A stretch of 64,000 nt of DNA from Eledone cirrhosa (Eukaryota): the NCBI GenBank assembly GCA_964016885.1, contig OZ024743.1, positions 352,718,001-352,782,000 on the forward strand, in the 5' to 3' direction. The notes beneath the pieces were generated by a model, which saw nothing but the letters and a program-made list of their open reading frames with translations, made no database searches and was not told the origin of the DNA. Of the stretch, positions 23,555 to 38,066 are shown piece after piece. Position 1 is the first letter of the stretch, and every line of letters begins with the position of its first letter. The translations under genes were made by a program, and so were the position numbers.

Positions 23555-23916
23555 ATGGCCAATATAAGAGTTGGATGTGTGAACGTACGCGGCCTGGGGA
23601 TGCCCTGGAAACAGGGCAAACTCTTAAACGACCTCAGGTCGCACAGTTTGGATGTGGTAGCCATTTGCGAGTCCAGGATCCACGGCGAGCGACAGCTGGC
23701 CCCCATCTTCGATGACTTTGAGATCTACGCATCTCTCTGTCAACCGGGGGGTGGGGGCGGAGTTGCCGTTTTGCTGCGGAAACACCTGGGCCTCGTAACA
23801 CAGACGGTACATCTGGACCCGGAGGGTCGACTGGTGGTCCTAGACGTTGACGGTAGTGAAAGTGGAGCGTTCAGGCTGGTGGCCGCATATGCCCCATCCG
23901 GGACACCGCGGCCAGA
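23555..23916 (+). CDS. L1/Tx1 ORF2 N-terminus: AP endonuclease fragment (inverted segment)
   Basis: GCVNVRGL, DVVAICES, GGVAVLL, DPEGRLVVLDV, RLVAAYAP motifs. Truncated at the TSD. Confidence 0.9.
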
Positions 23917-24051
23917 CATATAGATAGATAGATAGACAGACAAAAGTACAGAAACAGGTGCTAGGCAGATATAGGTAGATACGGTAAAGCTGCCCAAAAA
24001 ATAAGGAGAACATTAAATAAAACCTAGAAGAATCTCAGATAAAAAGATTAA

Positions 24052-24273
24052 CCCTTTAGCATTTAAACTGGCCGTATCCAGCCCAAATTCTCTCACCTCT
24101 TTCTGTTTAAACCTGCTGTAACCAGCCACTCATACTGATGTTAAGGTATTGTTCCCAAAATTAATAATATTAAAAACCGCAAAGATTCGATATTATGTAA
24201 AATAACTATGTGAGGTAAAGCCTTTACCATGAAAATATAATAGTAAATATAGAGTAATGTAAATGCTAGATGG
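24052..24273. mobile_element. piggyBac-type MITE (same family as 8121, opposite orientation)
   Basis: TTAA-ccctttagcattta...taaatgctagatgg-TTAA. Confidence 0.82.
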
Positions 24274-25559
24274 TTAAAGGAGGAATAAAATAAGTAAAAA
24301 CAAATACTGTAAGAGGCGTTAAAACGTGCAGGCTGTATGTCTTGTCTATCTGTCTCTGTTATATACTGAACAGCCATGGCCTTAAAGTAGAGAGTATTTC
24401 ACTGTGATTGCAGCCTGCACGGTAGAGACAGTCACCTATTATTTAAATACAGAGCTGAGCTATATTGTGGTGAACATGGATGTGTCGTTGGTGGTGGTGG
24501 CAGTGATGGTGTCATTTGAAATTGTCATGCTAAAGCTGTTGATATTTGAAAAATGGTTAGAGTAAATACGGAAGCAACAGCAAAAGGTGAGGAAGACATG
24601 ATAGAGACGTGTCAAACCGTTTTACTGACCCACACCACAAGCATACATAATCAAATTCCACTGTCTTAAATACTTAACATACACATTCAGTCACAAATGT
24701 AACAATATACAAATAGACACAATCATACACACGCACACGCGTGTGTCCATGCAAATTTACACAGAAATTGTTGTCACAGATATAGGCATAAGGAACATAC
24801 ACAAATGCAGTGACACACATATAATGTCACATGCGATTACAAATGCATTAATATATATATATATATATATAAATATATAATTGCACGCACGCATACACAC
24901 ACATCAATACAATCATATCTATATTTATACACATTAATAGAATTACAAATGCAATTTAATGCACAAGTTCACTTTCGAAACATGTGGTTCTAAGTAAGAT
25001 ACCTTATGTAAGTGTATTCTACTGCAATCTCAGGTTCACCAATATCTTAAGAGTGGAATTTGGTAGAGTGAAACTACATGGACGCCTATAATATATTTAT
25101 ATGAATGTTGCTGATTGAAAGCATTTCAGCCAATATCATACCGTCCTTTTAGTATTACATATCTAGGACTACATCGTCCACAGTGTCCTTCCTTGTTTAA
25201 GAAGTAGGGTTTAGTTTGAAGAAAATGTGGCTGCTACTTCTAGCAGGGAAAAGTACCCTTGTCAGCTCATGGGAATTTTGTACACCAGTGTAGGTGCAGG
25301 CATGTATGTGTGTTTAAGAAGTGTACAATGATGATGAATATTAATTGTTGGGTTGATTTACAATGTTTACTTCAAAAGAAAAAAAATGTAGCATTTTGAT
25401 AAATAGAAATCCTAAAAATAAGTATATGTCATGGGGTGGATATTATTAACTAACACCCCAAAATGTGGTGCTCCAGCATAGCCACAAACACAGTATAGCA
25501 ATATTTATGCAAGAGTGTGTTTTACTAGTTTCAGCCAATGACTGAAACTACTAAAAAGA

Positions 25560-25667
25560 ATACAAACACATACATACACACACTCAGCCTCAAATATTAT
25601 AACACAGACAAGCATACATGCACACACATACAGACATGTACACATACTTACACAGACACATGCACAC

Positions 25668-25699
<32 letters not shown>

Positions 25700-26030
25700 G
25701 TACAAATACTTACACAGACATATGCACAGACACACATAGAAATGTACATATACACACATAGGCATGTACAAATACTTACTCAGACACATGCACACACAGA
25801 GATACACACTCAGGCATGTACAAATATTTACATAGACACATACACACACACAGATACACATAGACATGGACTATACACACAGAGATATGCACATATACAC
25901 ACACAGATATGTACATACACACACAGAGAGACACATAGACAAGTACATATACTTACACAGAGATATGCACATACACTCATACAGGCATGTACATACACAC
26001 ATACAGACACATACTGTAGACATATCTGTC
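25560..26030. repeat. Degenerate (CA)-rich compound microsatellite with higher-order units
   Basis: Recurrent catgtacaaatacttacacagaca..gcacac blocks. Confidence 0.85.
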
Positions 26031-26727
26031 AATAAATCAATTCTGTTTGTAATCCATTAAAGGCAATAACTTTAGTACAGTATTTTTATTAAACGTAAGA
26101 CATCATAAACAATAAAAAAAAAACTTAAGTCAAACTCGTTTCAAATTCTTGAAATGTTTTGCTGAAAAATGTTATTGTTATATTTTTGTTTTGGTTTCTT
26201 TGTTTATTATTTCTTATGTTTTGGGCTCTACATTTTTTATCAGCTTTTACACTGATTTGGTATACTCTTTTACTGTTTTACTTATTTCAGTTTTAAAGGG
26301 ATTTAGTTGATTATATTGACTACAGTACTTATTTCTTCAGGCCTGGTATTTATTTTACCAATCTCTTTTATTTGTAAAACTGGACGGACCTACACCTACA
26401 CACAAGTAGTTTGAACAGAGGTTTTTGGTTAGAAGCACTGTATTTCAGATATACAGACAAATTAATATGCCCTAGATATGAATTATCTAACAGAGGAAAA
26501 GATGTGCCTGGCAGAGCTGTATAACAAGGGAAAGTGCATCCATGCCTCAGTTCCTTAATGAAAATTCCTAATCCATTATATTTCCATTCACATTTCAGAT
26601 ACTTTCTTTATAGGAATATCAAATAGACACCAACATTTCACTGGTACTCTACAGACCTGGAAGATTGAAAAGTAAACTCCACCTTTTTGAGATTAGAACT
26701 TAGAACATAAAAGGCCATAACTAAATA

Positions 26728-26906
26728 ATAATTCCTACTGGAGGGGAAAAGTCGATTAAATCGACCCTAGTTCATTACTGGAGTTTTATTTTATCGACCC
26801 CGTAAGGATGAAAGACAAGGCTAACCTCTGCAGGATTTGAACTTAGAACGTAAAGGGCCATAACTCTATGCTGCAAAGCATAGTGTCTGACGTTCTACCG
26901 ATACTA
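26728..26906 (-). mobile_element. SINE family A, long variant
   Basis: Same core, with the extra ggaaaagtcgattaaatcgaccc segment seen at 1958. Confidence 0.8.
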
Positions 26907-28662
26907 CTATTAACAATTCTATCAATCCTGAAAAACTCTCCAAAAAGATGATCGAGACATCATTTGAACAGCTTCCAATATTTTTATATCTGCATATTCA
27001 ATTCCATAAAAATTTCATTATAGAAAGCAGCAGATGGCTGAAATGCAGCTGTTGCATTTGTGCACAGTAAGCAATAAGACGTAACTGAGATGTAAATACT
27101 TCCACAACTATTGCATAGTCAGTCCTGAAGACATACTTTTATTAGCTGCAATGAATGCTACAGTTGAACAATAGCTTCACATCTAAATATGTTGCATGTG
27201 GTGAGAAAATATGAAGCAAAAGGAGGAGAGAGGTGGCACTGGTGGCAAGAGGAAAAGGAGGAGGAGGAGAAGGAGAAGGAGAAGAAGGAGGAGAAGTCAG
27301 CAAAATGTCTATCATGTGGAGGGGTACAGTTCATTGCTGTAAGGCTATGATGGAGTGGGAACACTGTGCAATTGATGCATTTTCTATTAGCTTGCTCAAA
27401 TAACTACCAAGAGTAAACCTGATAGTGTAAAGAAGTGAAGTGTATGGTTGTAACAACAATGACAACAGCAACATTTTGACATTTTCAAATGAAAACCAAA
27501 AGCAATATTCTGCAGAAGCAGAGGAATGGCTGATTAACTGTATCTAATTCAATATCTCATTGTTCAGAGTTTGAATTCCTCTGGTACCTATATTAATTTC
27601 TGCTTAACAAGCCAATATCTGTTCAAACATGACTAACCTTGGTTAAACAATCAATAACCTTTCACCCTATTCAGAGGTTCACAAAGTAAAGTTGTATATT
27701 TGTGGTAGAAGAAAATAGAATCTAGGGCTTTGCTAATGTTAAGAATTGGATATGAAGGGATTTTTTGTTTGTTTTCTGAATCCAGCATATAAAGCTCATG
27801 CAAAGCGTGGAGGTTGTTATTTAGCTCTAAGTCTGTCCAAGTCAAACTGACCTAAGATTGAAAGCATTCCATATGTAACTATACAATTTTAAGTATCTAG
27901 AAGTATATTGTCTAATGCTGTGTCCTTCCATTTTTAGTAGACTGCAATATCTGACTGTCAAGTGTGCACTTAGATACTCTCTAATTGATTTATGGTGGTT
28001 GATTGCAATGGTCTAAATACAAATTGTAATTTGGAGAGGAGAGCATGGTAGTTAGTGATATCAAGACTGAGCTTTTCTAAATTATTTGAAGGAGTGCAAA
28101 AAGGGTTAAGTAATGAGATTGTGTGATACTGTTTCATTTGCTTAAAATTGTGAAAAGTTTTTCCAGTTTCCAGATTCTGGTGATTTGACTGTGTTGGGTT
28201 TAGTGATACTTTTATTTACTAAGTTTGTTTCTAATTTTGATTTGGGGGATTTCCCAATAGCTTTCCTGTGCTACAGCTGTTGTTGTTTAACAATCATAGG
28301 TCAGCTCAGCTCCGCTGAAATGACCTATAATCAATTGTTTTCCAGCCATGACCATCTCATCTTATTTTTACAACTATATTATCTAACATGTTCTTCCTGT
28401 TTAAGATAATAGGGTGTAATTTGAAGGAGATGTAAATATCATATCTAGATGTCTCAGCAACAACATAAAGGTCTTCCTCTTCAGCTTGGTCTATTGCTAT
28501 TGCAGCTGCTCTTTGTGGTTCTTCTAATAAGTTGAAGTGACAAAATAGCTTCAACTCAAATTTACTTCAGAATTAACAAGGTGGAGGTCATAAATTTACT
28601 TTAGAAAAAGTTACCACTGGAAACAAAATATTGGGAACCCCTGCATCAATGTATAATTTTAA

Positions 28663-28881
28663 CCCTTTAGCATTTAAACTGGCCATATCCAGCCAGAATT
28701 CTCTCACCTCTTTCTGTTCAAAATGGCTGTAGCTGGCTGCTCATACTGATGTTAAGGTATTGTTCTCAAAATAAATAATATCAAAATCTCATAGATTCAA
28801 TATTAAGTGAGATAATTAGGTGAGGTTAAAGCCTTTACTGTGAAAATATAATAGTAAATATAAAGTAATGTAAATGTTAAG
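28663..28881. mobile_element. piggyBac-type MITE (third copy, right TIR eroded)
   Basis: TTAA-ccctttagcatttaaactggcc..., colinear with 24052-24273. Confidence 0.8.
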
Positions 28882-30115
28882 TTTTCATTCTACAATATAT
28901 TGCCACTAATCTTTTTGACACTAACCTGGCCAAAACCGGCCTGATTGTATGAAATAAAACCGCCAATTCTAAAGGGTTCCTATTTAGATAAAAATCTTCC
29001 AACATAATTTTATGTAAATTCCATATCTTAAGTTACTATATTGGTAATAATTTTTGTAACTCCATCAAAATTCTTCATTAATTAATTGAAATAGAGTGTA
29101 TTTCATTATAAATGAAAATTAAACAGTAAGGATGAAAAAGTCATAAAAGGAAGATTATACAATAGTTTGAATTCATGAAAAATAAATAATATGTGAACAG
29201 TATTTAAAATTGAAATAAATAATTATTATTGTATAATATTCTCATTGTGTTGTTTTGGTGACATCATCATCACCGTTTTATGTCCATTTTTCCATGCTAG
29301 CATGGGGTTATAATGGGTTAAGCAGGCTTCCCTGTAACCATTGAGTAACATATATTCCTGAATGATCTATAATGTTGTAGATAAAGAAAACAGCTTAACA
29401 ACTTGGAGATAAACATAAAAAAAAAACAACTGAATTAAAGATCAGCAACTTGGAAATTCTACTCACAAATCTGTACTTTTGTAAATAAAGCTAACTGTAC
29501 TTTTATAATTTAGCATAGTAAATAAAGCTAACTGTACTTTTAGACATGTATATGAAGGAATGAGCTATTAAAAGCCTAACTACATAAGCTTAGTAATAAA
29601 AGTGAGAACAAATTCTTAAAGGTGCTAAATAAAAACATCTATGTATAAATCTCAGTTTCACAAAATATAAGGGTTATGATTTGACATATATTTTCTACAA
29701 TTAACTATGGGAATTGAAAATATTGTTGATTCATAATTATCTTCATAACAAGACATCAGTGAATTGGTAGAAATAGTGGTAGAACCTCATATGATTTAGT
29801 TTAGTTACTATACATTCTGAGTTCAAATCCTGTGACAGATGATTAAATGATAAATTTCAAAACCAATATACTAGGATACATCAATTGATTATAGCCCTTT
29901 TATGTGAAAACTGGCTTTGTAGCAAGTGAAAATGAAGCCAAACCCTTTTGTTTGGTTACCAAACTGACTGGCTCTACAATACAATGATTTTGTTTTAACA
30001 TATGTACATTTATCTAAACACTTTCCATTATAATTTTATCTAAGAACCTTTGTTATGGTCCAAATACCAATCTAAATAATGAGAAAGTTTCTTAATAGAA
30101 GAGACATATGTGAGG

Positions 30116-30181
30116 TACAGTATATTGTAGACATATTATACAGTATATTGTAGACATATTATACAGTATATTGTAGACATA
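30116..30181. repeat. 23-bp tandem repeat x3
   Basis: tacagtatattgtagacatatta repeated. Confidence 0.9.
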
Positions 30182-30419
30182 ACACTTTTCATTTACTTTT
30201 GCTAAGTGGTTCAGAGATTCGCTTCCCAATCACGAAGTCCTGGTTTTGATCCTATTATGTGGTTTCTTGGGCAAGTGTCGTTACCATAGTATTGGGTCGA
30301 CCCAAGTCTTGTGAGTAAAATTGGGTAGACTGAAGCTATTTAGAAGTTTGTCCGATGGACTGTACCTGTAATTCAAATGGCCGACCTTCTTACTCACTGT
30401 ATCGTGCTTAATCTCCCTA

Positions 30420-30616
30420 CCATGCAGCATCGCGCATCTCACACAGGCATCATATAACCGTCCTTTCGCATTGCGTAAATTTTATGGAATTTATGCCAGT
30501 TTCTTTTCTACATATCGAACATGGCCATTTCCCTGATGGAATCGGAGTATTGTCCTCTCTTCTACTTATTAACACTTTTGTCTTAGCTATGTTCACTCTC
30601 AGTCCTCTTGATTTCA
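30420..30616 (-). mobile_element. Internally deleted RTE fragment
   Basis: LKSRGLRVNIAKTKVL..PSGKWPCSICRK, then ..GRLYDACVR. Confidence 0.7.
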
Positions 30617-30620
30617 ACTG

Positions 30621-30866
30621 AGGCCAGCAATTACCCAGTACATTACTGGTACTTTATTTTATCGACCCAGTAAGGATGAAAGGCAAAGTTAACCTCGACT
30701 GGATTTGAACTCAGACCGTAAAGGGACGCAACTATGCTGGAAAGCATGGCGTCCAACCCTCCACCGATATTGCCAATTCACCTATATAAATAATTGTTTC
30801 TACTTTTGGCACAAGGCCAGCAATTACCCAGTGTATTACTGGTACTTTATTTTATCGACCCAGTAA
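30621..30866 (-). mobile_element. Two SINE family A pieces (30621-30783 and 30790-30866)
   Basis: Family core and tail. Confidence 0.85.
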
Positions 30867-31464
30867 GTTCAAATTTTACTGTTCTCAGTGTGTTTTGCTC
30901 TTGAGTAATTATACTTGCTCTAGTTTCCTTGATCAAACAAAACAACAGGTGCCAGTCCAACTTCATAGCTGAGTGGTTTGTAGTAGGGAGGTCATCCAGC
31001 TGTGAGAATAATTAATTGCACAAGAAAACAAGCTGTACCACCCATGGAAAAAATGCCATATAAGACAGAAACAAACAGAAAAAAACTTTTATAGATATGA
31101 AGACTTTTATAAAAGACTGAAAACTGAGCAAATGATACAATCTTCTTATATTCAATTAATCAATTCAATAACAGGTCAACAGTTCACATTCACTGTGTAC
31201 ATGTTCAAAAATTTACTCTGTATTTTGAACATGGCAAAGATGCTTTGATTTTCACTAACTCAGTCCTAATCATTGTAAATAGATATGATACATAGGTACA
31301 CAGTACAGCAAACCACAGCAAGGGGTAGGAACAAGGAATAATTTATCAGTGTTTCATTTATTCTACCAACACCACACTAACGTAAATTCAATTACAAATC
31401 AACAAAGAAGCTGTTGCATGATTGCACAACCTCATAGAAATAACAGCCAAATATCGCTCTCTCT

Positions 31465-31880
31465 GCAGTACTCTGATGTGGGTTGAGCAACATTATATCA
31501 AATATAAGAACAGTCCTTTGACATGGGTCTAGCAACAATGTACTAAATAGGAGCAGTACTCTGATCTGAGTTAAGCAACATTGTACCAGATATGGAAGCA
31601 GTATTCCAATGTGGGTTTAGCAACATTGTATTAGATATTGGAGCAGTACTCCAATATAAGTGTTACTTCAGCTGTATAACTAGTTGGCAGCTGAAATTAG
31701 CTTAAGTGTTTTCAAGTTTCAAAGATGAAGCCTAGCCTTTCGAATGCAGTTTCGGCAATGTTAAAATGTGAGGTCACCATGAAAGATCACCTAAGAATGG
31801 TAAGGCTGAGTTTAGTTGTAAGAAACTCTGATAACAATCTGATCTGCTGTCAGTGTAGTTTTACCAAGTTTCAGTTAGGT
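31465..31880 (-). mobile_element. CR1/Jockey-like LINE remnant whose end is amplified into a ~44-bp tandem repeat
   Basis: LGDLSW.PHI..KRLGFIF..YTAEVTLILEYCS. Repeat units read ..PTLEYC / PTSEYC. Confidence 0.55.
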
Positions 31881-33269
31881 TGAATGAAGCAAGTAGAGTA
31901 GTGATTTCTAAATTAGGCATAAGGTCAGCAATTTATAGGGAAGGGAAAGTTAAGTAAATCAACCCCAATACCTGACTGATACTTTTTTTTATTGACCCCA
32001 GAAGGATGAAAGGTAAAGCTGACCTCAGCAGGATTTAAACTCAGATTGTAAAGAGCCATAACAAACTGCTGTAAGGCATATTGTTCAGTGCTCTAATGAT
32101 TCAGCTAATCCACTGCAAGTATAATAATGAAACTTACACAATGACAGAATATAAACCTGTAATACACAAGTTCATTTTGTTATTGTTGTGGTGGTTACCC
32201 AATAGAAGTTCAATGTTACAAGTCAAGTTGAAGTAGTAGAATAGCTTCGGCTTGAAATGACTTGAGATTTGAAACTTCTGGAGAGAAATTAACCATGAGA
32301 ATTAACCCTTGGGTATTCAGAATATGGTTCCATGTCAAAAACACTGCTCCAATGGAACCTGTGATTTCATATCCACTGCTGTTGATGAATTGGTAGACAA
32401 TTTATTCCACATAACTTGGTTAACCCAACCTACAAACAGATTTCAAGCAAATAATACTACTGCTGAGAGACTAGTATACTATCCAGGAGAAAATTACTCT
32501 TCCATCTATTTAAAACAACACAGTCCAGATCTAAATGCTGGGTTTAAGAGACCATGTAACTTATGAATACAGTTATTTACCCTCCATCTTCTATTTATCA
32601 TGATTAAAGTAGGATCAATAATCTTGCATGTCAACACCTGTCACTTGTAATTAGTCATCTAATCGAAATATAAGTATAATCCTTAGCAATGGAAACAACT
32701 TCCTCAACTGTGGAAAGCCCTCTCTTTAAAAGTGGAAAACCCACCCCAACTCCAAGCATATTTCCCTTAACCTAAGGCAGAATTTTAATTAAAAAATATA
32801 CAAACACCAGAGTTTACTTCACGTGCTTTAAAAACATTATATTGAAGTGTTGTCAATGCCAAATGTGTTGTTGATTTAAAACTGACTTAACATGAACTAT
32901 TTAATGTGGAAGAAAGTGACAGGCTTTTAAGAACAACTGGCCAGTGAAATAGTTTTAGTAGAGGAATTAAATCTTAATTAGCTTACAGAAAATTAATCTC
33001 TTTAATTACCAAAGAAACTCTGTTTTGTATAGTGATTGCAGAGTATTACTATTCTTTTACTTTTTTACTGGTTTTAGTCATTGGACTGTGGCTATGCTGG
33101 GGCACCATCTTCAGGGGTTTAGTCGATCATATCAATCTCAGTACTTATTTATAAGTCTGATACTTATTTACCAAACTGCTTAGTTACAGGTCATGATCAA
33201 ATAACAACAGGTTGTCAAGCAGTATAGAGGTAAACACAGAAACACAGGTATGAACAGACACATGCATGG

Positions 33270-33307
<38 letters not shown>

Positions 33308-36300
33308 ACTCGCTTGCGCACAACACACACACACACATACACACACAACTGACTTCTACACAGCTTCCATCTTGCAAATTTCACTCACAAGATATTAGTG
33401 AACTTGAGGCTAAAGTAAAAAACACATGTCCAAGTTACCAAACCTAAAATCACATGGTTAAAAACTAAATTCTTAATTGCACAGCCATGTCTTTGCCTAT
33501 ACTACATGTATACTTATGTAATATCTTACAGTGTGCAGTATGAAGTCTAAAGAAAAATAGCCTTGTGCATTTCAACAATAGAAACATACAGAAATTCAAC
33601 AATGGAATAAGTTGAGAGATCTCAAGATCTGGCAATTCTTCCATTTCAATGTAAACTACAAAACAAGCAGTAAAAGACAATGCAAAACAAGAGTAGCTAC
33701 AATACAAGCAATGATCTAAACACAATACTTGAAAGAGCATCTGTGCACTTGCTTGATCTGCTAGAAATAGCAGTCAAATCCTTCTTAAATCACACCCTAC
33801 CAACTTTTAAAAAAAAGAAAGGGCACAATATATTCCTAGATACTCCCAAAAAAGATAGGATAGTCATGGCTAAAATGCCTTCAATCATAGACCTATACAA
33901 TTGGGGTTGATCTGGGTTAAAATAACAACAGCAACAACACTCAAATCTACACTCAAGCAAGTTATAATTCTGTAAATGCAGCCTTAACAAACTCCACGGA
34001 GGACTGAATCACAAAATGTCTAACACATACTTTATACTTGGAAAATTAAATACAACTATTTTTGCCCCCCCCCCCCCCCCCCACCAACCAATGAAACGTT
34101 CTGAAAGAAGGGGCTGTGCCCATGGCCTTCACTAACTCTGCAGGAGTGGAAGGATTGGTGCAATTCATGTTCCTCTTAAATAGCTTTAAGTTGACTGCTG
34201 CAAGAAAAATATGAGCAGGGAGAAAATTTCAGAGGATTGATGTTCTGGTGAGTAACAGCTACCCTTATACCAGCATCCATCATATTAAACCACCGGTGAG
34301 AACTGCAAGATAACCAGATATACAATGATATTTGTGTTATTTGATCTGATTCTCTACACACTGAGTTCAAATCTTGCCAAGATCATCTTTACTTTATACG
34401 GTCAATAAATACAAGTCAATTACTATGGTTGATTGTTCTGTCTCTTTCTCTTGGTACTAGCTACGTTGTTGTGAGAAGGGCTCTGGGAGAATGCTCATAG
34501 AACCACTTTCTGGAGGGCAATCAAGTGAAGGGTTAACAGCCTGTGTTCAAAGAAAAATTGATATACTTCTGGAAACACCCAAGGATGGTTGGATGTACAT
34601 GCAGTACAGCATGGTACAGCAATCAAGAAGAAAAAGAACAGAACAGCAATGGTTTCCCATGTCCTTGACCTTAAAACAAGTTGTTATTCTGTTTACATGC
34701 AATGAAATGTAAGTAACAGGGCATTGATTTCAACTATTTGTACTTTGCATCAAAAGGAGAGATAGAAGAAAGAAGGGGGGAAAAAGAGAAAGAAAAAGAT
34801 AGAAAGAAAAATGAAGAAAAAAGGAGGAAAAATAGATGTGTTGTGAAAGATATATTAGAAATTAATCTAGATAGATGACGTAAGAAAAATTACTCAGCTG
34901 GAACATTTTTAAAGACAAAAAAAAAAGAAAAAAAATCCGTAAAGAAAAGATAAAGAAAACAAGGAGATTTAGAAACCTGACAAGAAAGTGAAGAAACTAT
35001 AAAAGATGTATAAAAAAACTGAAGGTGGTGAAGGTAGTTCTGGCAGCAGTGATAGTAATGATAATGTGATTGCGGTGATGAAAATAATGGTGATGGTGGT
35101 GATTGTGACTATGGTGATGATCATAATGATTATATAGACACAATGTGTAGGTAGCCTGTAGTTTATAACATTAATTTAGTTTACTGACACCAGTGGACAG
35201 TAAGACAAGAAATATATTAGAACATACAAATAATGGTTTTTTTACCTTGGCACAAGGCCAAATATAGTATAAAAGAAGGAATATCATTTTTTGAACCAGC
35301 TGTATTAGAGGTACTTGCTTCTTACCCAGTCCAGATAAATGGAAGTCATAAGTGACCACAATTATATTGATACTCATAATATATATCCAATTTTGATGAT
35401 GATCATTAGGTCATTTAATCAACTCTACCACTTCCTCATTCAATGAATGTATAAATGTTTGACTGAGTATTCCACAGATATGTGTACACTTAATGTACTC
35501 CTAAGGCAAAATCAGAAGGACACAGTGAGTGAGAAAACTGGACTTTTGAATTAAAGGTACAATCCATTCTTCTGCACAGTTTCATTCACAAGGTTTGAGT
35601 TACCCCAAGGCTACAATAAAAGACACTTGTCTTAGATACCATACAGTGAGATAGAACCTGAGACTTCATGGTTGTTAAGCAAACTTCTTAACCATTCAGC
35701 TATGATACGTCCATAAAAACTCAGGATATAAGGGGGAAAAATTAAACTGAAAGTATTTTGTCTTATGTTCTGCTATTTTTATCAACTCACCATTCCTTGA
35801 ATGAAAAGGAACAGTTATCTTATTCAACTCCAATACATGGTTGGAATTTATCTTAACCACAGGGAAATAAATAGCAATAAATAGCAGGATGACAGGCAAA
35901 AACTAAATACTGTAAGGTTCAGTATTTTAAGATTTTTGCCAACTTTCTACAATAATAATGACTTTTTTCTTTATTGCAACAGGATATTACAGGAACAGGT
36001 TACAAAAGGTGTTGGGGTTTATAACGAAATCAGATGAAATGAAATGGATATTAATGGTATATATAGTATAGAAAATATAATCATGTCCAAAGAAGACCAG
36101 CACATAAGACCAATCAAGGAAACCTCACAGATCCAGATTACCTTGACTACCAAGAGCAAGTGGCTTAAAGTTGTGAGTTTAATTCCTAGACCAAATGGCA
36201 TGCTGTGTTTGGGAGCAAGACACTTCATTTCATGCTGATTTTCTTGCTATGATTGGGATCCCCTATGATTAAAACACGCAAGAAACCTTCATGCGACCTT

Positions 36301-37363
36301 CTATGAGGTCAGCTAAACCTACATAGGTGTGGGCGGTAAATTTCATTTTTGTCAGCTATCATTCCCCAGTCAACAGGTGCATGTTGAGAATAGGTCCATG
36401 CTACCACTTACAACTAATTTACTGGAGGGCAGCACCCTCCTCTTCAACTGAAAGTTAAAAAAGCTAATAAGGGCTTTGACAAAGGATTTTTTATGACAAT
36501 TAGGCTTTCTTTGAAGTAGAAACAAAGTGTGTTGAATGGCTTTAAATGAAGTCAAATGACAGAGACCATCACTTCCAGAATCATCAAATCTAAATATAAG
36601 CACCAACAGGTGAAAAATATGTAGATATGTATGTAGTGAAACCCAAAAAAGTTGACCCCAGTTAGTACATTGTTTCTTAGCTCTGCCACAGAGAGGCCGT
36701 CAATTTTTCAGCTTTACATAGTTCATCATGTAGCCACACACAGACACACGCACTTGCTAGCCAGCTCTGCTGGTTCAGCACCTGCAGGACAGGCTACCAA
36801 CATTAAGCAAAAAGTCAGTAGAATTCATTACTTGTAGATTCTACATTCACACACAATCAACACACTACAATTACACAAGTACCTTTTTCCATAGTTCATT
36901 ATTGCTGCACATGATTTTGAAATAAATCATGCAGCCAATAAAAACATAAAATCTATTTCTACCACCGTTAAATATGTATGTGTATGCATGTTTATGCATG
37001 TGTCTGTGTGTAGTGTGAGGTGAGTGTACAAGTGATTATGCATGTGGGGTTGTGAGAATGTAATTGCATGTATATGTGAGAATATCTGAGAAGTATGTGT
37101 GTGTGATGACATTTAGAAAATGAAATTATTTTAAAAAAATAAAACTTTTATAAAGCAGGGAAAAGCGGACGTAAAATGATGATGATGATGACGATGAAAA
37201 ACACATTAAAAACACTTTTCGCAATCATTTGTTCTTTTTGCTTGTTTGTTTCACATGCATGCGTGCGTGTGTATGTGTCCCCATCATTTGGTTTTGAGAG
37301 GAAAAATTCAGAACTGACATGAAATTTTGTTGAACTTTGCAATAATCTATAGTTGAATATTGA

Positions 37364-37409
<46 letters not shown>

Positions 37410-37785
37410 GAAAAATATTCAAGTCAGATAGAAGAATACCACCTGCTACCAAACAGACTGTCAACTCTACTAAATCAGTTTATGGCAAAAGTAAATTTTT
37501 TATTGAAAATAATGATCAATTTTATCATTACTCGAAATATGTTCACTAAGCCATTTTGTCTTTCTACTCATTATCATTAAAGTAGGTAGAGACCCACTTG
37601 GATTCTTTTTCAGCTGCCACTATATGTACAGAAACTCTTGTTATTAGCCAAAAATGACTTTGTTTTAACCAGGCACCAATACAGAAGATTTAAATTCATA
37701 TAGTTACATATATAGGTATATTTAATCTGGTGCTATTTATTTATAAAATTGTGTAGTATATATTTATATTGTATATATCTTAGAT

Positions 37786-37916
37786 ATAATTGTTTCTACT
37801 TTTTTGCACAAGGCCAGCAATTATCCCAGTGTATTACTGGTACTTTATTTTATCGACCCCGTAAGGATGAAAGGCAAATGAACCTCGGCAGGATTTGAAC
37901 TCAGACCGTAGAGGGA
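37786..37916 (-). mobile_element. SINE family A, 5'-truncated
   Basis: Family core and tail. Confidence 0.85.
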
Positions 37917-38066
37917 CTATATATAATGATTAGAGAACTGCAAGACTGTGTCCAGTTTATTATTTTATATCATGTTATTAAAATAATTTGGATTACTTTG
38001 AATCAATCATGAATGAATATTATGTAATTTATCTACTAAATTTCTTAGCTCATGATTAAACATAAA

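Larger units (their letters stand above)
20882..23913 (-). mobile_element. L1/Tx1-clade LINE, 5'-inverted and internally deleted, 13-bp TSD
   Basis: TSD agacatatagata at 20869-20881 and 23914-23926. AATAAA near the 3' end on the minus strand. GC-rich with intact CpGs. Confidence 0.9.

Noticed and set aside
25505-26060. His/Thr- and Cys/Val-rich ORFs (also other YIYI and VCVC ORFs in the track)
   Set aside because: They are microsatellite translation artefacts.
36412-36447. 36-nt minus-strand micro-exon (tttcag|...|gtaagt)
   Set aside because: The splice signals are good, but there is no homology or neighbouring exon support, and such matches are expected by chance.
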